Of a stretch of 64,000 nt of DNA, positions 27,219 to 34,224 are shown piece by piece. Positions within the stretch are counted from its first letter, which is position 1. Every line of letters starts with the position of its first letter. Origin of the DNA: an uncultured Nitrosopumilales archaeon (lineage in GTDB: Archaea; Thermoproteota; Nitrososphaeria; Nitrososphaerales; UBA213); the NCBI GenBank assembly GCA_964373125.1, contig CAYJSN010000005.1:12958-76957 (forward strand), in the 5' to 3' direction. A program made the position numbers and the translations under genes. The notes under the pieces were generated by a model. The model was not told where the DNA came from and searched no databases. It worked only from the letters and a program-made list of their open reading frames with translations.

Positions 27219-27464
27219 GGTGAACTCTTCTTTGGGAACCGATTTTATTTAACTATTATTCAGGGAGACGGCTGTTCCTTAATGATACCAAGACACGCCC
27301 GCGCTTGCGCCGGGTATAGGGGGGTCTTCAAATACTCTGCAGAATTTGCAATTCACTCCTTGGGCTCAGGATAAATTCATACTTGTGAGGTGAAGACATC
27401 CGAGGAATTGCATGAGCAGTTGCTGAAAGCTAAAACTCAGAATCAGGATTCGCGCCCTTGAACC

Positions 27465-28328
27465 TCAGGGAAGCCATTCCTTGTATAGAGATGCCCTTCT
27501 GATCCTGTCCCTGTGCGACCGCGTAGCACCCTTCTCCCTGGTTTCATTGATGGCATCGATGTCTACGTCTGCGGTTACAACCATCTCTTTGTTCATCGTG
27601 CCGTCCGCAAGCACGCCGCTGCTGGGCCAGGGGCGGTCGCAGGGCGAGAGTATCGCCGATTTGCCGATGCCCTGAATCTTCATCGGGGCGAGGTCTCCGA
27701 CTGTGCTGCTGAGCACGGTGATGAGCTGGTTCTCGATGCTCCTCGCCTCGCAGGAGTGTCTTATCCTGTTATAACCAGCTTCGGTGAGCGTGAAGGACGG
27801 GCAGAATATTATCTCAGCACCGTTGAGGGCAAGCGAGCGCGCGCATTCTGGAATCTGTGACTCGTAGCATATGCAGACCCCGACCTTTGCCTTGCCCGCA
27901 TCCGTAACTTTTACGACATTGTCCTCGGACATCCCCCACTCCTCCCTCTCCAGCGGGAAGAGATGCGTCTTCCTGTGCTTGTATTCTCTTCCATCGGGGT
28001 CGAACATGAAGCAGGTGTCGTAGTAGAGGCCGTTCTGCTCCTCGACGGTGGTGCCGGCAACTATGAACTGTTGTCGCTCTCTGGCTAATTTGCCGAATAG
28101 CTCCAGATAGTCGTTGGTGAATTCAGCTACCCTCTTTATGTCCGACGGTCCTGCGCTCTTCAGGTCTGTATCGGCAGCGAGCAAACCCAAGGTGAACCAC
28201 TCGCCGAAGACAACGATATCCGCACCTTTCGCTTGATTCAGCATCTTCACAACACTCGTCCCAAAGTCGGAAAATCGTTTGAACGGCCTGAGGGCGAACT
28301 GTGTTGCGCAGATCTTCAGGTTGCGCAT
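27465..28328 (-). CDS. carbon-nitrogen hydrolase (nitrilase superfamily)
   Basis: 287 aa. FGEW (Glu), HRKTHLF (Lys) and VGVCICYESQIPE (Cys) form the E-K-C catalytic triad. Confidence 0.85.
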   Translation of the reverse strand: MRNLKICATQFALRPFKRFSDFGTSVVKMLNQAKGADIVVFGEWFTLGLLAADTDLKSAGPSDIKRVAEFTNDYLELFGKLARERQQFIVAGTTVEEQNGLYYDTCFMFDPDGREYKHRKTHLFPLEREEWGMSEDNVVKVTDAGKAKVGVCICYESQIPECARSLALNGAEIIFCPSFTLTEAGYNRIRHSCEARSIENQLITVLSSTVGDLAPMKIQGIGKSAILSPCDRPWPSSGVLADGTMNKEMVVTADVDIDAINETREKGATRSHRDRIRRASLYKEWLP

Positions 28329-28478
28329 GCGATCTGGGCGTCAGCTTTGAAAATTAAATCTTCTGTACCCTAGAGATCCGGTATATTATCAGCGGTGAGA
28401 AAGGTGCTTAGAAATATAAGCCTGATGAGACGTTATTGTATTGTAGGCTGAAGAAGGCCTTACTTCAGGTGAGAAATT

Positions 28479-28667
28479 TTGAGCCAGTGTTCCCTCTGCC
28501 ACAAACCAAAGGACAGGAGCAACCCCCTAACATGGATACTGATGTGTGATTTGCACGAGCGCGAGGAGTGCTACGGTTGCTTCAGGCAGTCACACTATCC
28601 CATCCCCTACTTCGAGGATGAGCTGAGGAAGAGACGGCCGTCCAAGAGTGCGGACAATTACAATTAG
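28479..28667 (+). CDS. hypothetical Cys-rich 62-aa protein
   Basis: TTG-start ORF (CSLC...C...CYGC) in a lower-GC stretch. Coding status is uncertain. Confidence 0.3.
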   Translation: MSQCSLCHKPKDRSNPLTWILMCDLHEREECYGCFRQSHYPIPYFEDELRKRRPSKSADNYN

Positions 28668-28702
28668 TTGCAACAGACCCGGAATATTCTGGCAGCTCGT
28701 GT

Positions 28703-28716
28703 TAAATATAATAAAG
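28703..28716 (+). promoter_or_regulatory. TATA-like promoter element for tRNA-Val
   Basis: taaatataataaag lies about 25-30 nt upstream of the tRNA 5' end. Confidence 0.45.
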
Positions 28717-28739
28717 ACTTGATCTTGTGTTCTGTGCAT

Positions 28740-28832
28740 GGGCCGGTCGTCTAGCTGGTTAGGATGCCGCTCTGACTCGCGCCAGCGCGAAGAAAACGGC
28801 GGAGGTCGAGAGTTCAAATCTCTCCCGGCCCA
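28740..28832 (+). tRNA. tRNA-Val (anticodon GAC) with a 19-nt anticodon-loop intron
   Basis: Hand fold: GGGCCGG/CCGGCCC acceptor, A73, GTCT/GGAT D-stem, CCGCT/GGCGG anticodon stem, GAGAG-TTCAAAT-CTCTC T-arm. There are 26 nt between the anticodon-stem strands, a 7-nt loop (CTGAC..) plus a 19-nt intron holding the hairpin CGCG-CCAG-CGCG. The anticodon reads GAC under either splice placement. Confidence 0.8.
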
Positions 28833-28839
28833 TTAAATA

Positions 28840-29028
28840 TCACTCGAGAAGTTCGATGAATTCTTCCTTTGTAAGACCTGCCTGCTCTATTATATCCAGC
28901 AACGTTCCGGGCTTAATCTCATCATGTCTTGGAATAATTGTTCGTTTTTTGCCGTCTGCACTACCCATAGAGATGTGACTGCCACGCTGTCGTAGAACAA
29001 CAAAACCCTTCTTGTTCAGAGTTTTCAC
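28840..29028 (-). CDS. hicA: HicA-family mRNA interferase toxin (copy 1)
   Basis: 62 aa from GTG. KKGFVVLRQRGSHISM...IPRHDEIKPGTLLDIIEQAGL is the HicA pattern. Similarity to copy 2 continues about 14 codons upstream (LSDKKLPVLSWRKV), where the only start-like codon is CTG at 29070. Confidence 0.75.
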   Translation of the reverse strand: MKTLNKKGFVVLRQRGSHISMGSADGKKRTIIPRHDEIKPGTLLDIIEQAGLTKEEFIELLE

Positions 29029-29062
29029 GACTTTTCTCCAAGAAAGTACGGGCAGCTTTTTG

Positions 29063-29296
29063 TCAGACAGTGATCTCCATCACTTCTCTTTTTTGCTTAA
29101 GGCGCTTAAGTTCGTCAGGCCACGTTTCTATGTAAAGCTCGATGGCCTCCTTGATGTTCTTCAGGGCCTCTTTTTTTGTATCTCCTTCACTGATGGCTCC
29201 GGGAAGTTCAACGCACCTGATCGAGTATCCACCAACAGCTTCTTTTCTTAGAATAACTGTGAATTTCATGCCACGAACACGGGTCTTGCTCATCAT
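29063..29296 (-). CDS. hicB: HicB-family antitoxin (UPF0150-type, copy 1)
   Basis: 77 aa. KFTVILRKEAVGGYSIRCVELPGAISEGDTKKEALKNIKEAIELYIE is the HicB N-terminal domain pattern. Confidence 0.75.
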   Translation of the reverse strand: MMSKTRVRGMKFTVILRKEAVGGYSIRCVELPGAISEGDTKKEALKNIKEAIELYIETWPDELKRLKQKREVMEITV

Positions 29297-29346
29297 CTTA
29301 TCTCCTTCTATCTGCTAAATAAGCATACTGGAAACTCTGTTAATTT

Positions 29347-29365
29347 AAATCTCTCCCGGCCCATT
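29347..29365 (+). repeat. 19-bp exact duplicate of the tRNA-Val 3' end (att-like)
   Basis: aaatctctcccggcccatt is identical to 28816-28834. Confidence 0.85.
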
Positions 29366-29374
29366 GATTTTATT

Positions 29375-29402
29375 GGTCCGGGGATCAAATCCCCGCAGCC
29401 CA
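29375..29402 (+). pseudogene. orphan tRNA 3'-half-like fragment (different tRNA)
   Basis: GGTCCGGGGATCAAATCCCCGCAGCCCA aligns position-for-position with the variable loop, T-arm and acceptor 3' strand of tRNA-Val (GGTCGAGAGTTCAAATCTCTCCCGGCCCA) but has different stems. No 5' half is present. Confidence 0.5.
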
Positions 29403-29505
29403 TTACGATAGCGGTTCTTAAATTGGAACCACACGTATAATATGGTGGAAGAGATTGAAGGAGCATTTGAATCGAATTATTGTAGGATTGAAAGAAAATA
29501 TGACC

Positions 29506-29604
29506 TAGTTGAGCTATGTGGCTACCTTTCTGTCTGACGGGTACAAAACCAATCTTATGTAATACCTTAAGAATATCTCTCCAGCCAACAGGAGGCAGGC
29601 TCAA
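29506..29604 (-). pseudogene. hicA: truncated hicA (copy 2)
   Basis: ORF 29308..29604 starts (TTG, overlapping the hicB stop as TTGA) with MSLPPVGWRDILKVLHKIGFVPVRQKGSHI, which is HicA-like. After about residue 30 all similarity is lost and the reading frame runs into the tRNA-fragment region. Confidence 0.6.
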
Positions 29605-29822
29605 ATACTTACCTCTACCACTTCTGACCTTTTAGCTCTCTTGGTTTTCGATTCCACGTGTTCCAGCACCAATCCGATCGCTTCCTTGACATTCCTCAAT
29701 GCCTCTTTCTTTGTATTGCCCTCGCTGCGCGCTTGAGGGATCTCGAGACATTGCGCAGTGTACTTCCATTCATGACCTGGCTGTAGAACGATCGTAAACT
29801 TCCTTCTCTTCATATTTGCCAA
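29601..29822 (-). CDS. hicB: HicB-family antitoxin (copy 2)
   Basis: 73 aa. KFTIVLQPGHEWKYTAQCLEIPQARSEGNTKKEALRNVKEAIGLVLEH is a paralogue of copy 1. Confidence 0.7.
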   Translation of the reverse strand: MANMKRRKFTIVLQPGHEWKYTAQCLEIPQARSEGNTKKEALRNVKEAIGLVLEHVESKTKRAKRSEVVEVSI

Positions 29823-29950
29823 AATATCCGCTAATTGATATAAAGATATCGTGCTTACTACGGCTACAAGAAACCAGCTGGCTTGTATCTAACACGTCAC
29901 ATCGGGCCCGAATTTCGCTCGTTTTTGATGCGGAACAATAGCACGACTTA

Positions 29951-31432
29951 TCATCTTCGTTTCTGCTTGCTCTCGGCGAAATAATCGGCCGGCAGCGTCG
30001 CTATGCCGAAGATATCCGGATACATATCATGTATTATCTCAAGTTCGCGGAAGTTCTGGATAGCCTCCGTCGATACCTTCCTAGCCTCATCGGGCTCCAC
30101 GCCCGTTATCTCCGCACGGTCAGGGTGATACCTGATCATTATCTTCCTGAACCTCCGAACGGCATCATCCCAGCGCGTGTCCGGTGGTAATCCCTGCCCC
30201 TCCCAGCTGAGGAGCGAGAGCATCTTGTTCTTCCTGCCGAAGACCTCCTCTAGGCTCATCGCCTCCAAGGTCTTCATCTTCTCCCTCGCGCGCTCCGACT
30301 TTTTCAGCTCGAAGATGAAGTGCCACCGTCCCAGCGTGGCCCTGTCCTTCTCGGCTATCTTCTGCTCCAGCTCCTGACCAGATAGATGGACGCGCATCAG
30401 GTCCCAGATCTCCTCGTAGTATGTTTCTTCAAGCTGCTTCCAGGTCATCCGCCGCCTGTTCTTTTCCCAGACCGACCTGACGACCTCCTTCTCCCGAGGA
30501 TAAAGGATGCCGAGAGCGATGCGGAACATCGTCCAGTCCATCTGTTTCTCGCGCCGCTCCCTCTCCCGCCTCTCCATCTCCTCCGCGCCGAAGGTCTCTT
30601 TGACGAGCTCCTCGAGTATTATCCCCCTGGCGGTCTCGCTGATCTCGGTCGTCGCCGTATCGAGGAAGCTCTGCTCCCTCTCCGCCACCTTCGTGTCAAT
30701 CAGGGTATGATGAATTTCCAGCCAGCTCGATTTCTCCATAAAGTCGAACCACGCGTTCATGTAACCTCTTAGTGCTATCGCGGCCTTCCGCTGCACCCCG
30801 GGCGACCCCTGCCACACCTGCTTCCTGCTGAGCTTCACCATCTCCTCTAGGCTCTTCTGCAGCACGCCCTCCGGGTCAAAGACCCTCTGCACCTCCTTGG
30901 CCGCGGGCAGGCCCGCCCCTATGTAAAGCGTGATCAGGTATGCAAGGCTCGAGCCGAAGAGCATCCCGAAGGCATCGACCCCGCTCCCCCTGAAGAAGTG
31001 GACACGCGGGTCAGCCCTCCACGCTTCCATCATACCGTAGCCGTAGACGATGGTGTCGCGCGAGGCGTCGCTCGCCCCCACCACATAATTTTGCTCGTCG
31101 GCGAAGAGCACGAAGGGATGCTCCAGGCGCGGCCCGGCCAGGACGATCGAGACCCTGCCCTTGCGGACGTCGTCGAAGCACCCGTAAAAGTCCTTTGCCT
31201 TATTGCCCAGGACAGCCTCGACGGGGCCATGTTTTTTGCGCAGGGAGAAGCGCCCGCGCCAGCCCATCCTCACATTCATGGTCTCGAGGGCCGCGCGGAT
31301 CACCTCCCCGAAGGTATGATCCTCGCTTTCGGCATACTTGCTGCCGCGGCCCCACGCAAGCGCCGCTGCGCGGTCCTGGATCGCTCGCTCGAGCTTCTCC
31401 CGCGGTATGTCGCCCTCGCCCAGATAGAACAA
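29951..31432 (-). CDS. 493-aa protein of unknown function with a C-terminal J-domain (HPD motif)
   Basis: The C-terminus WDDAVRRFRKIMIRYHPDRAEITGVEPDEARKVSTEAIQNFRELEIIHDMY has the helix II-HPD-helix III layout of DnaJ J-domains. The N-terminal roughly 400 aa match no family I recognise and include a charged coiled-coil-like middle (EEMERRERERREKQ). Confidence 0.65.
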   Translation of the reverse strand: MFYLGEGDIPREKLERAIQDRAAALAWGRGSKYAESEDHTFGEVIRAALETMNVRMGWRGRFSLRKKHGPVEAVLGNKAKDFYGCFDDVRKGRVSIVLAGPRLEHPFVLFADEQNYVVGASDASRDTIVYGYGMMEAWRADPRVHFFRGSGVDAFGMLFGSSLAYLITLYIGAGLPAAKEVQRVFDPEGVLQKSLEEMVKLSRKQVWQGSPGVQRKAAIALRGYMNAWFDFMEKSSWLEIHHTLIDTKVAEREQSFLDTATTEISETARGIILEELVKETFGAEEMERRERERREKQMDWTMFRIALGILYPREKEVVRSVWEKNRRRMTWKQLEETYYEEIWDLMRVHLSGQELEQKIAEKDRATLGRWHFIFELKKSERAREKMKTLEAMSLEEVFGRKNKMLSLLSWEGQGLPPDTRWDDAVRRFRKIMIRYHPDRAEITGVEPDEARKVSTEAIQNFRELEIIHDMYPDIFGIATLPADYFAESKQKRR

Positions 31433-31596
31433 TCTGTCTACAGGTGATCGAGGCGCCGCACAGGCAAATATACATTACAGCGCGCGCCAGCCTTCCTCTC
31501 TGCAGAGGTGTTTTACAAAACTCTCTCTATTTGGTTCCGGTGCAAGACTGCTAACTTTATAAGAGCTGATCCCCGTACGGTACTGAGAATCTTGGC

Positions 31597-32736
31597 ATGA
31601 GGTCAATAATGGCTTTGGGGCTAGCTATGATACTCCTCGCAAGCATACTTGCAAATAATATCGCTGCCGAGGAGGAGCAGGCCGTAAGTATCACCGGGCA
31701 CAAAATCTACATCGACGACTCCGGCCTAGTGCACTTGACAGGCATAATCGAGAATACGGGCTTGATCCCTGTGGGGTTCCTGCGTGTTACCGCAACCCTG
31801 AAGGATGAGAACGGAGGCAAGCTTCCCACGTTCAATACCTTTGCCCTAGTCAAGACGCTCCAGCCCGGCCAGATCGCCCCCTTTGACATACCGATAAGCG
31901 ACAGGTACGTCAGCGGCAGGGTGGCATCATATGATCTATCTCTGAACTGGAACGTGGTTGATCCAAAGCCGCCAATGCTCGAGTTCTCCGGCATAAGCGC
32001 GTATACCGTAACGCACATGCCCGGCACGGAAGGCTACATGGGCAAGCAGCGCTCCGCCCAGTTCGCGCACAGCCACGAGGCGCACGCGCACTCGGAGGCC
32101 AGCGGCTACGTGACCAACACCAGCGAGCTGGAGGCCAAGTCCGTCAAGACAATGGTGGTCTGGTACGACAAGGACGGGCAGTTCGCCGGGCTCGACTGGC
32201 AGACAATCAGCAAGAAACTTGCGCCGGGAGAGCGCGCCAGGTTCGTCTTCATGTCGCACCCGAGCGCAATGAGCTACTATTCTGTAATCGCGGAGAGCGA
32301 CACCGGAATTGCGATGCTGGAGCAGGACGGCAAGACGAAGATCCCGATCTACGAGTCCGCGAAGCCCGACTTCCAGTTTGCATACCTTGCCAACGCCATA
32401 AGCATCTCTTCGGTGAGGCTGGTGGACGAGAGCAGCCAGCCTGTCTCCAAGGTCGAGGCTGGCAAGATGGTGCTGCTACAATCAGTGATGAAGAACAACA
32501 TGGACGCGAAGCAGAGGTTCATCAGCATCTACCAGATCAAGGACGCGGGCGACTCGACCGTGATGCTCTTCTGGATGGCCAGCCAGATCCCCCCAAGGGA
32601 GTCGCTGGACGCCGCAATCTCATGGATTCCGGAGGCCGAGGGCACCTACACCCTGCAGATATTCATCTGGGAGAGCATGCTGAACCCGGTCCCGCTGGGC
32701 GAGTTTTCGGAATCCACGATAACGGTCTCCAAGTAA
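31597..32736 (+). CDS. secreted/membrane-anchored protein with repeated beta-sandwich-like modules
   Basis: 379 aa with an N-terminal signal/anchor (MALGLAMILLASILANNIAA). The internal modules resemble FxLYD/CARDB-type domains (..HLTGIIENTG..V.V.A.L.DENG.. and ..ASGYVTNTS...VVWYDKDG..). Confidence 0.55.
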   Translation: MRSIMALGLAMILLASILANNIAAEEEQAVSITGHKIYIDDSGLVHLTGIIENTGLIPVGFLRVTATLKDENGGKLPTFNTFALVKTLQPGQIAPFDIPISDRYVSGRVASYDLSLNWNVVDPKPPMLEFSGISAYTVTHMPGTEGYMGKQRSAQFAHSHEAHAHSEASGYVTNTSELEAKSVKTMVVWYDKDGQFAGLDWQTISKKLAPGERARFVFMSHPSAMSYYSVIAESDTGIAMLEQDGKTKIPIYESAKPDFQFAYLANAISISSVRLVDESSQPVSKVEAGKMVLLQSVMKNNMDAKQRFISIYQIKDAGDSTVMLFWMASQIPPRESLDAAISWIPEAEGTYTLQIFIWESMLNPVPLGEFSESTITVSK

Positions 32737-32808
32737 CCGGAGATCTTTTTCATTTTCAGATCGTTAACAGTCATCAAAATTTAATAACCATCGTAGGGAA
32801 GAATCGGC

Positions 32809-33141
32809 GTGGAGGACACGCTGGAGGCCATCTTCAAGATGCAGAAGGAGTACGCATCGATGATAAAGCACGGCCGGTTTCCGGTGACGACCGAGGAGCG
32901 AATTTCCAGCCTCTGCACGGCGATGATCCACGAGGCGGTGGAGCTGCAACGCCTGACGAACTGGAAGTGGTGGAAGGCTCCCGCCGAGTTCGATCCGGAG
33001 AAGGCCAGGGAGGAGCTGATCGATATATGGCACTTCGTGGTGCACGCGTCGATCGAGCTGGGCATGGAGCCGGGGGACGTGTTGCGCGAGTACCAGAAGA
33101 AGAACCTGATCAACAGGCAGCGGCAGACGGACGGCTACTAG
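32809..33141 (+). CDS. all-alpha NTP pyrophosphohydrolase (dimeric dUTPase / MazG-like family)
   Basis: 110 aa with a GTG start. MIHEAVELQRLTNWKWWK...EELIDIWHFVVHASIELG fits the dimeric dUTPase-like pattern. Confidence 0.6.
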   Translation: MEDTLEAIFKMQKEYASMIKHGRFPVTTEERISSLCTAMIHEAVELQRLTNWKWWKAPAEFDPEKAREELIDIWHFVVHASIELGMEPGDVLREYQKKNLINRQRQTDGY

Positions 33142-33644
33142 AGCGAGGACTCGAACTCGATCGGGATTATGCTGAAGGCAGACTCGATCTCGGCAGAGCC
33201 CTTTGCCCTCCAGGCTACCTGGCCGGCCTCGCCGGAAGCAAGCATGTCCCAGATATTCGAGACATCGTCCGAGTACTTCAGCCTGAACTCGGACGGTATC
33301 GTGGTGCCGGAGCCGGAGAAGAGCTGCGGCCTTCCACCGAGAGGAATATCCTCGAGCGAGATGAAGCCGCGTCCCACCGATATCTCGTCCGCAAACAACT
33401 CATATTCCAGCTTTGAGATTGTCAGGGTCTTATCAGATTGGTTCTCGATATTGAAATCGACTACCACCATCATCACGTTCTTCTCCTCGTCGATCTGTTT
33501 CATCCTTACGTCCTGCAGGTGGACGCCCATCTGGGGCGCAATGACCTGCGACTCGAGGCTGCTGAACTGGATCAACCCCGCAAGCCCGCCAACTATGCCG
33601 GCTGCAACAGCTATGATCACGATCTTTCCGCGCGTGAACGGCAT
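33138..33644 (-). CDS. membrane-anchored LEA type-2 / WHy-domain protein
   Basis: 168 aa. An N-terminal TM helix is followed by VVVDFNIENQSDKTLTISKLEYELFADEISVGRG, typical of the LEA_2 fold. It is a paralogue of 61270..61842. Confidence 0.55.
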   Translation of the reverse strand: MPFTRGKIVIIAVAAGIVGGLAGLIQFSSLESQVIAPQMGVHLQDVRMKQIDEEKNVMMVVVDFNIENQSDKTLTISKLEYELFADEISVGRGFISLEDIPLGGRPQLFSGSGTTIPSEFRLKYSDDVSNIWDMLASGEAGQVAWRAKGSAEIESAFSIIPIEFESSL

Positions 33645-33816
33645 CGACCTTACCTAAGGACGGTTTGCATTAAAACCTTACCTTGCCCGCAAACTACACA
33701 TAAATAGCCGGTTCATTCGCACTCCACTACGCGATGCCGCTTGTAGATCTCTAATAACTTGGATTCATCTGGTTGCCGCGAGCATCTGGGTCGGGGGCTC
33801 GATCTTCATCGGGATA

Positions 33817-34221
33817 GTGATCGACCCGATGCTGAAGAACCTGACAAACAGCTTAGAGGAGAGGACGGTGCTGATGATCAAGATTGGAAGAAGGTTCAAC
33901 AAGATAGCCGTGCCAGCGCTTGGCGTCCTGGCCGCGACCGGGATCTACAACACCCAGCCGCGCCTTGCGTCGCCCGAGCTGCTGGGCTCGACCTACGGCA
34001 CCATACTGACAGTCAAGATAGCACTGGTCGCCTCGATGATCGCGGTCTTTGCCGTGCACGTCAGGGTCTCCGGAACCAGGATCGAGGAGCCGGCCAACGC
34101 GAGTTCGGCATCGCTCCGCGTCAGCCAGCTCCGGACCAGGATGATCTGGCTGGGAAGGGTCATCGTGGGGCAGTCTGTAGCTGTATTGCTGCTAGCGGCC
34201 ATGCTGGACGCCGGAATCTAG
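33817..34221 (+). CDS. CopD-like membrane protein (N-terminus unresolved)
   Basis: 134 aa from GTG. The same frame stays open upstream and encodes LITWIHLVAASIWVGGSIFIGIV, a typical first CopD helix, with no in-frame start. An ATG at 33734 lies in another frame (see findings). Confidence 0.55.
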   Translation: MIDPMLKNLTNSLEERTVLMIKIGRRFNKIAVPALGVLAATGIYNTQPRLASPELLGSTYGTILTVKIALVASMIAVFAVHVRVSGTRIEEPANASSASLRVSQLRTRMIWLGRVIVGQSVAVLLLAAMLDAGI

Positions 34222-34224
34222 GAT

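Larger units (their letters stand above)
28833..29365. mobile_element. remnant of a tRNA-Val-integrated element (hicBA cassette bracketed by 19-bp direct repeats; no integrase)
   Basis: AAATCTCTCCCGGCCCATT occurs exactly at 28816-28834 (tRNA 3' end) and again at 29347-29365. The interval is visibly AT-richer than its flanks and encodes only hicB and hicA. Confidence 0.45.

Noticed and set aside
27219-27464. 246-bp region upstream of the BluB-like gene, considered as a cobalamin riboswitch or other leader
   Set aside because: I could not identify the conserved B12-box or any convincing multi-stem architecture by eye. Cobalamin riboswitches are not established in archaea. Only a covariance-model scan (Infernal/Rfam) could settle this.
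28417-28468. CTGATGA ... CTGA pair and the hairpin CTGAAGAAGGCCTTACTTCAG upstream of the 62-aa Cys-rich ORF
   Set aside because: The box spacing (about 24 nt, no internal boxes) is too short for a C/D sRNA. The hairpin alone is weak evidence, so it is noted only as a possible operator or 5' structure.
29409-29505. Integrase or recombinase remnant expected between the tRNA fragments and the truncated hicA
   Set aside because: No ORF or recognisable recombinase motif appears in any frame. The stretch is AT-rich and stop-rich, so no integrase call is made.
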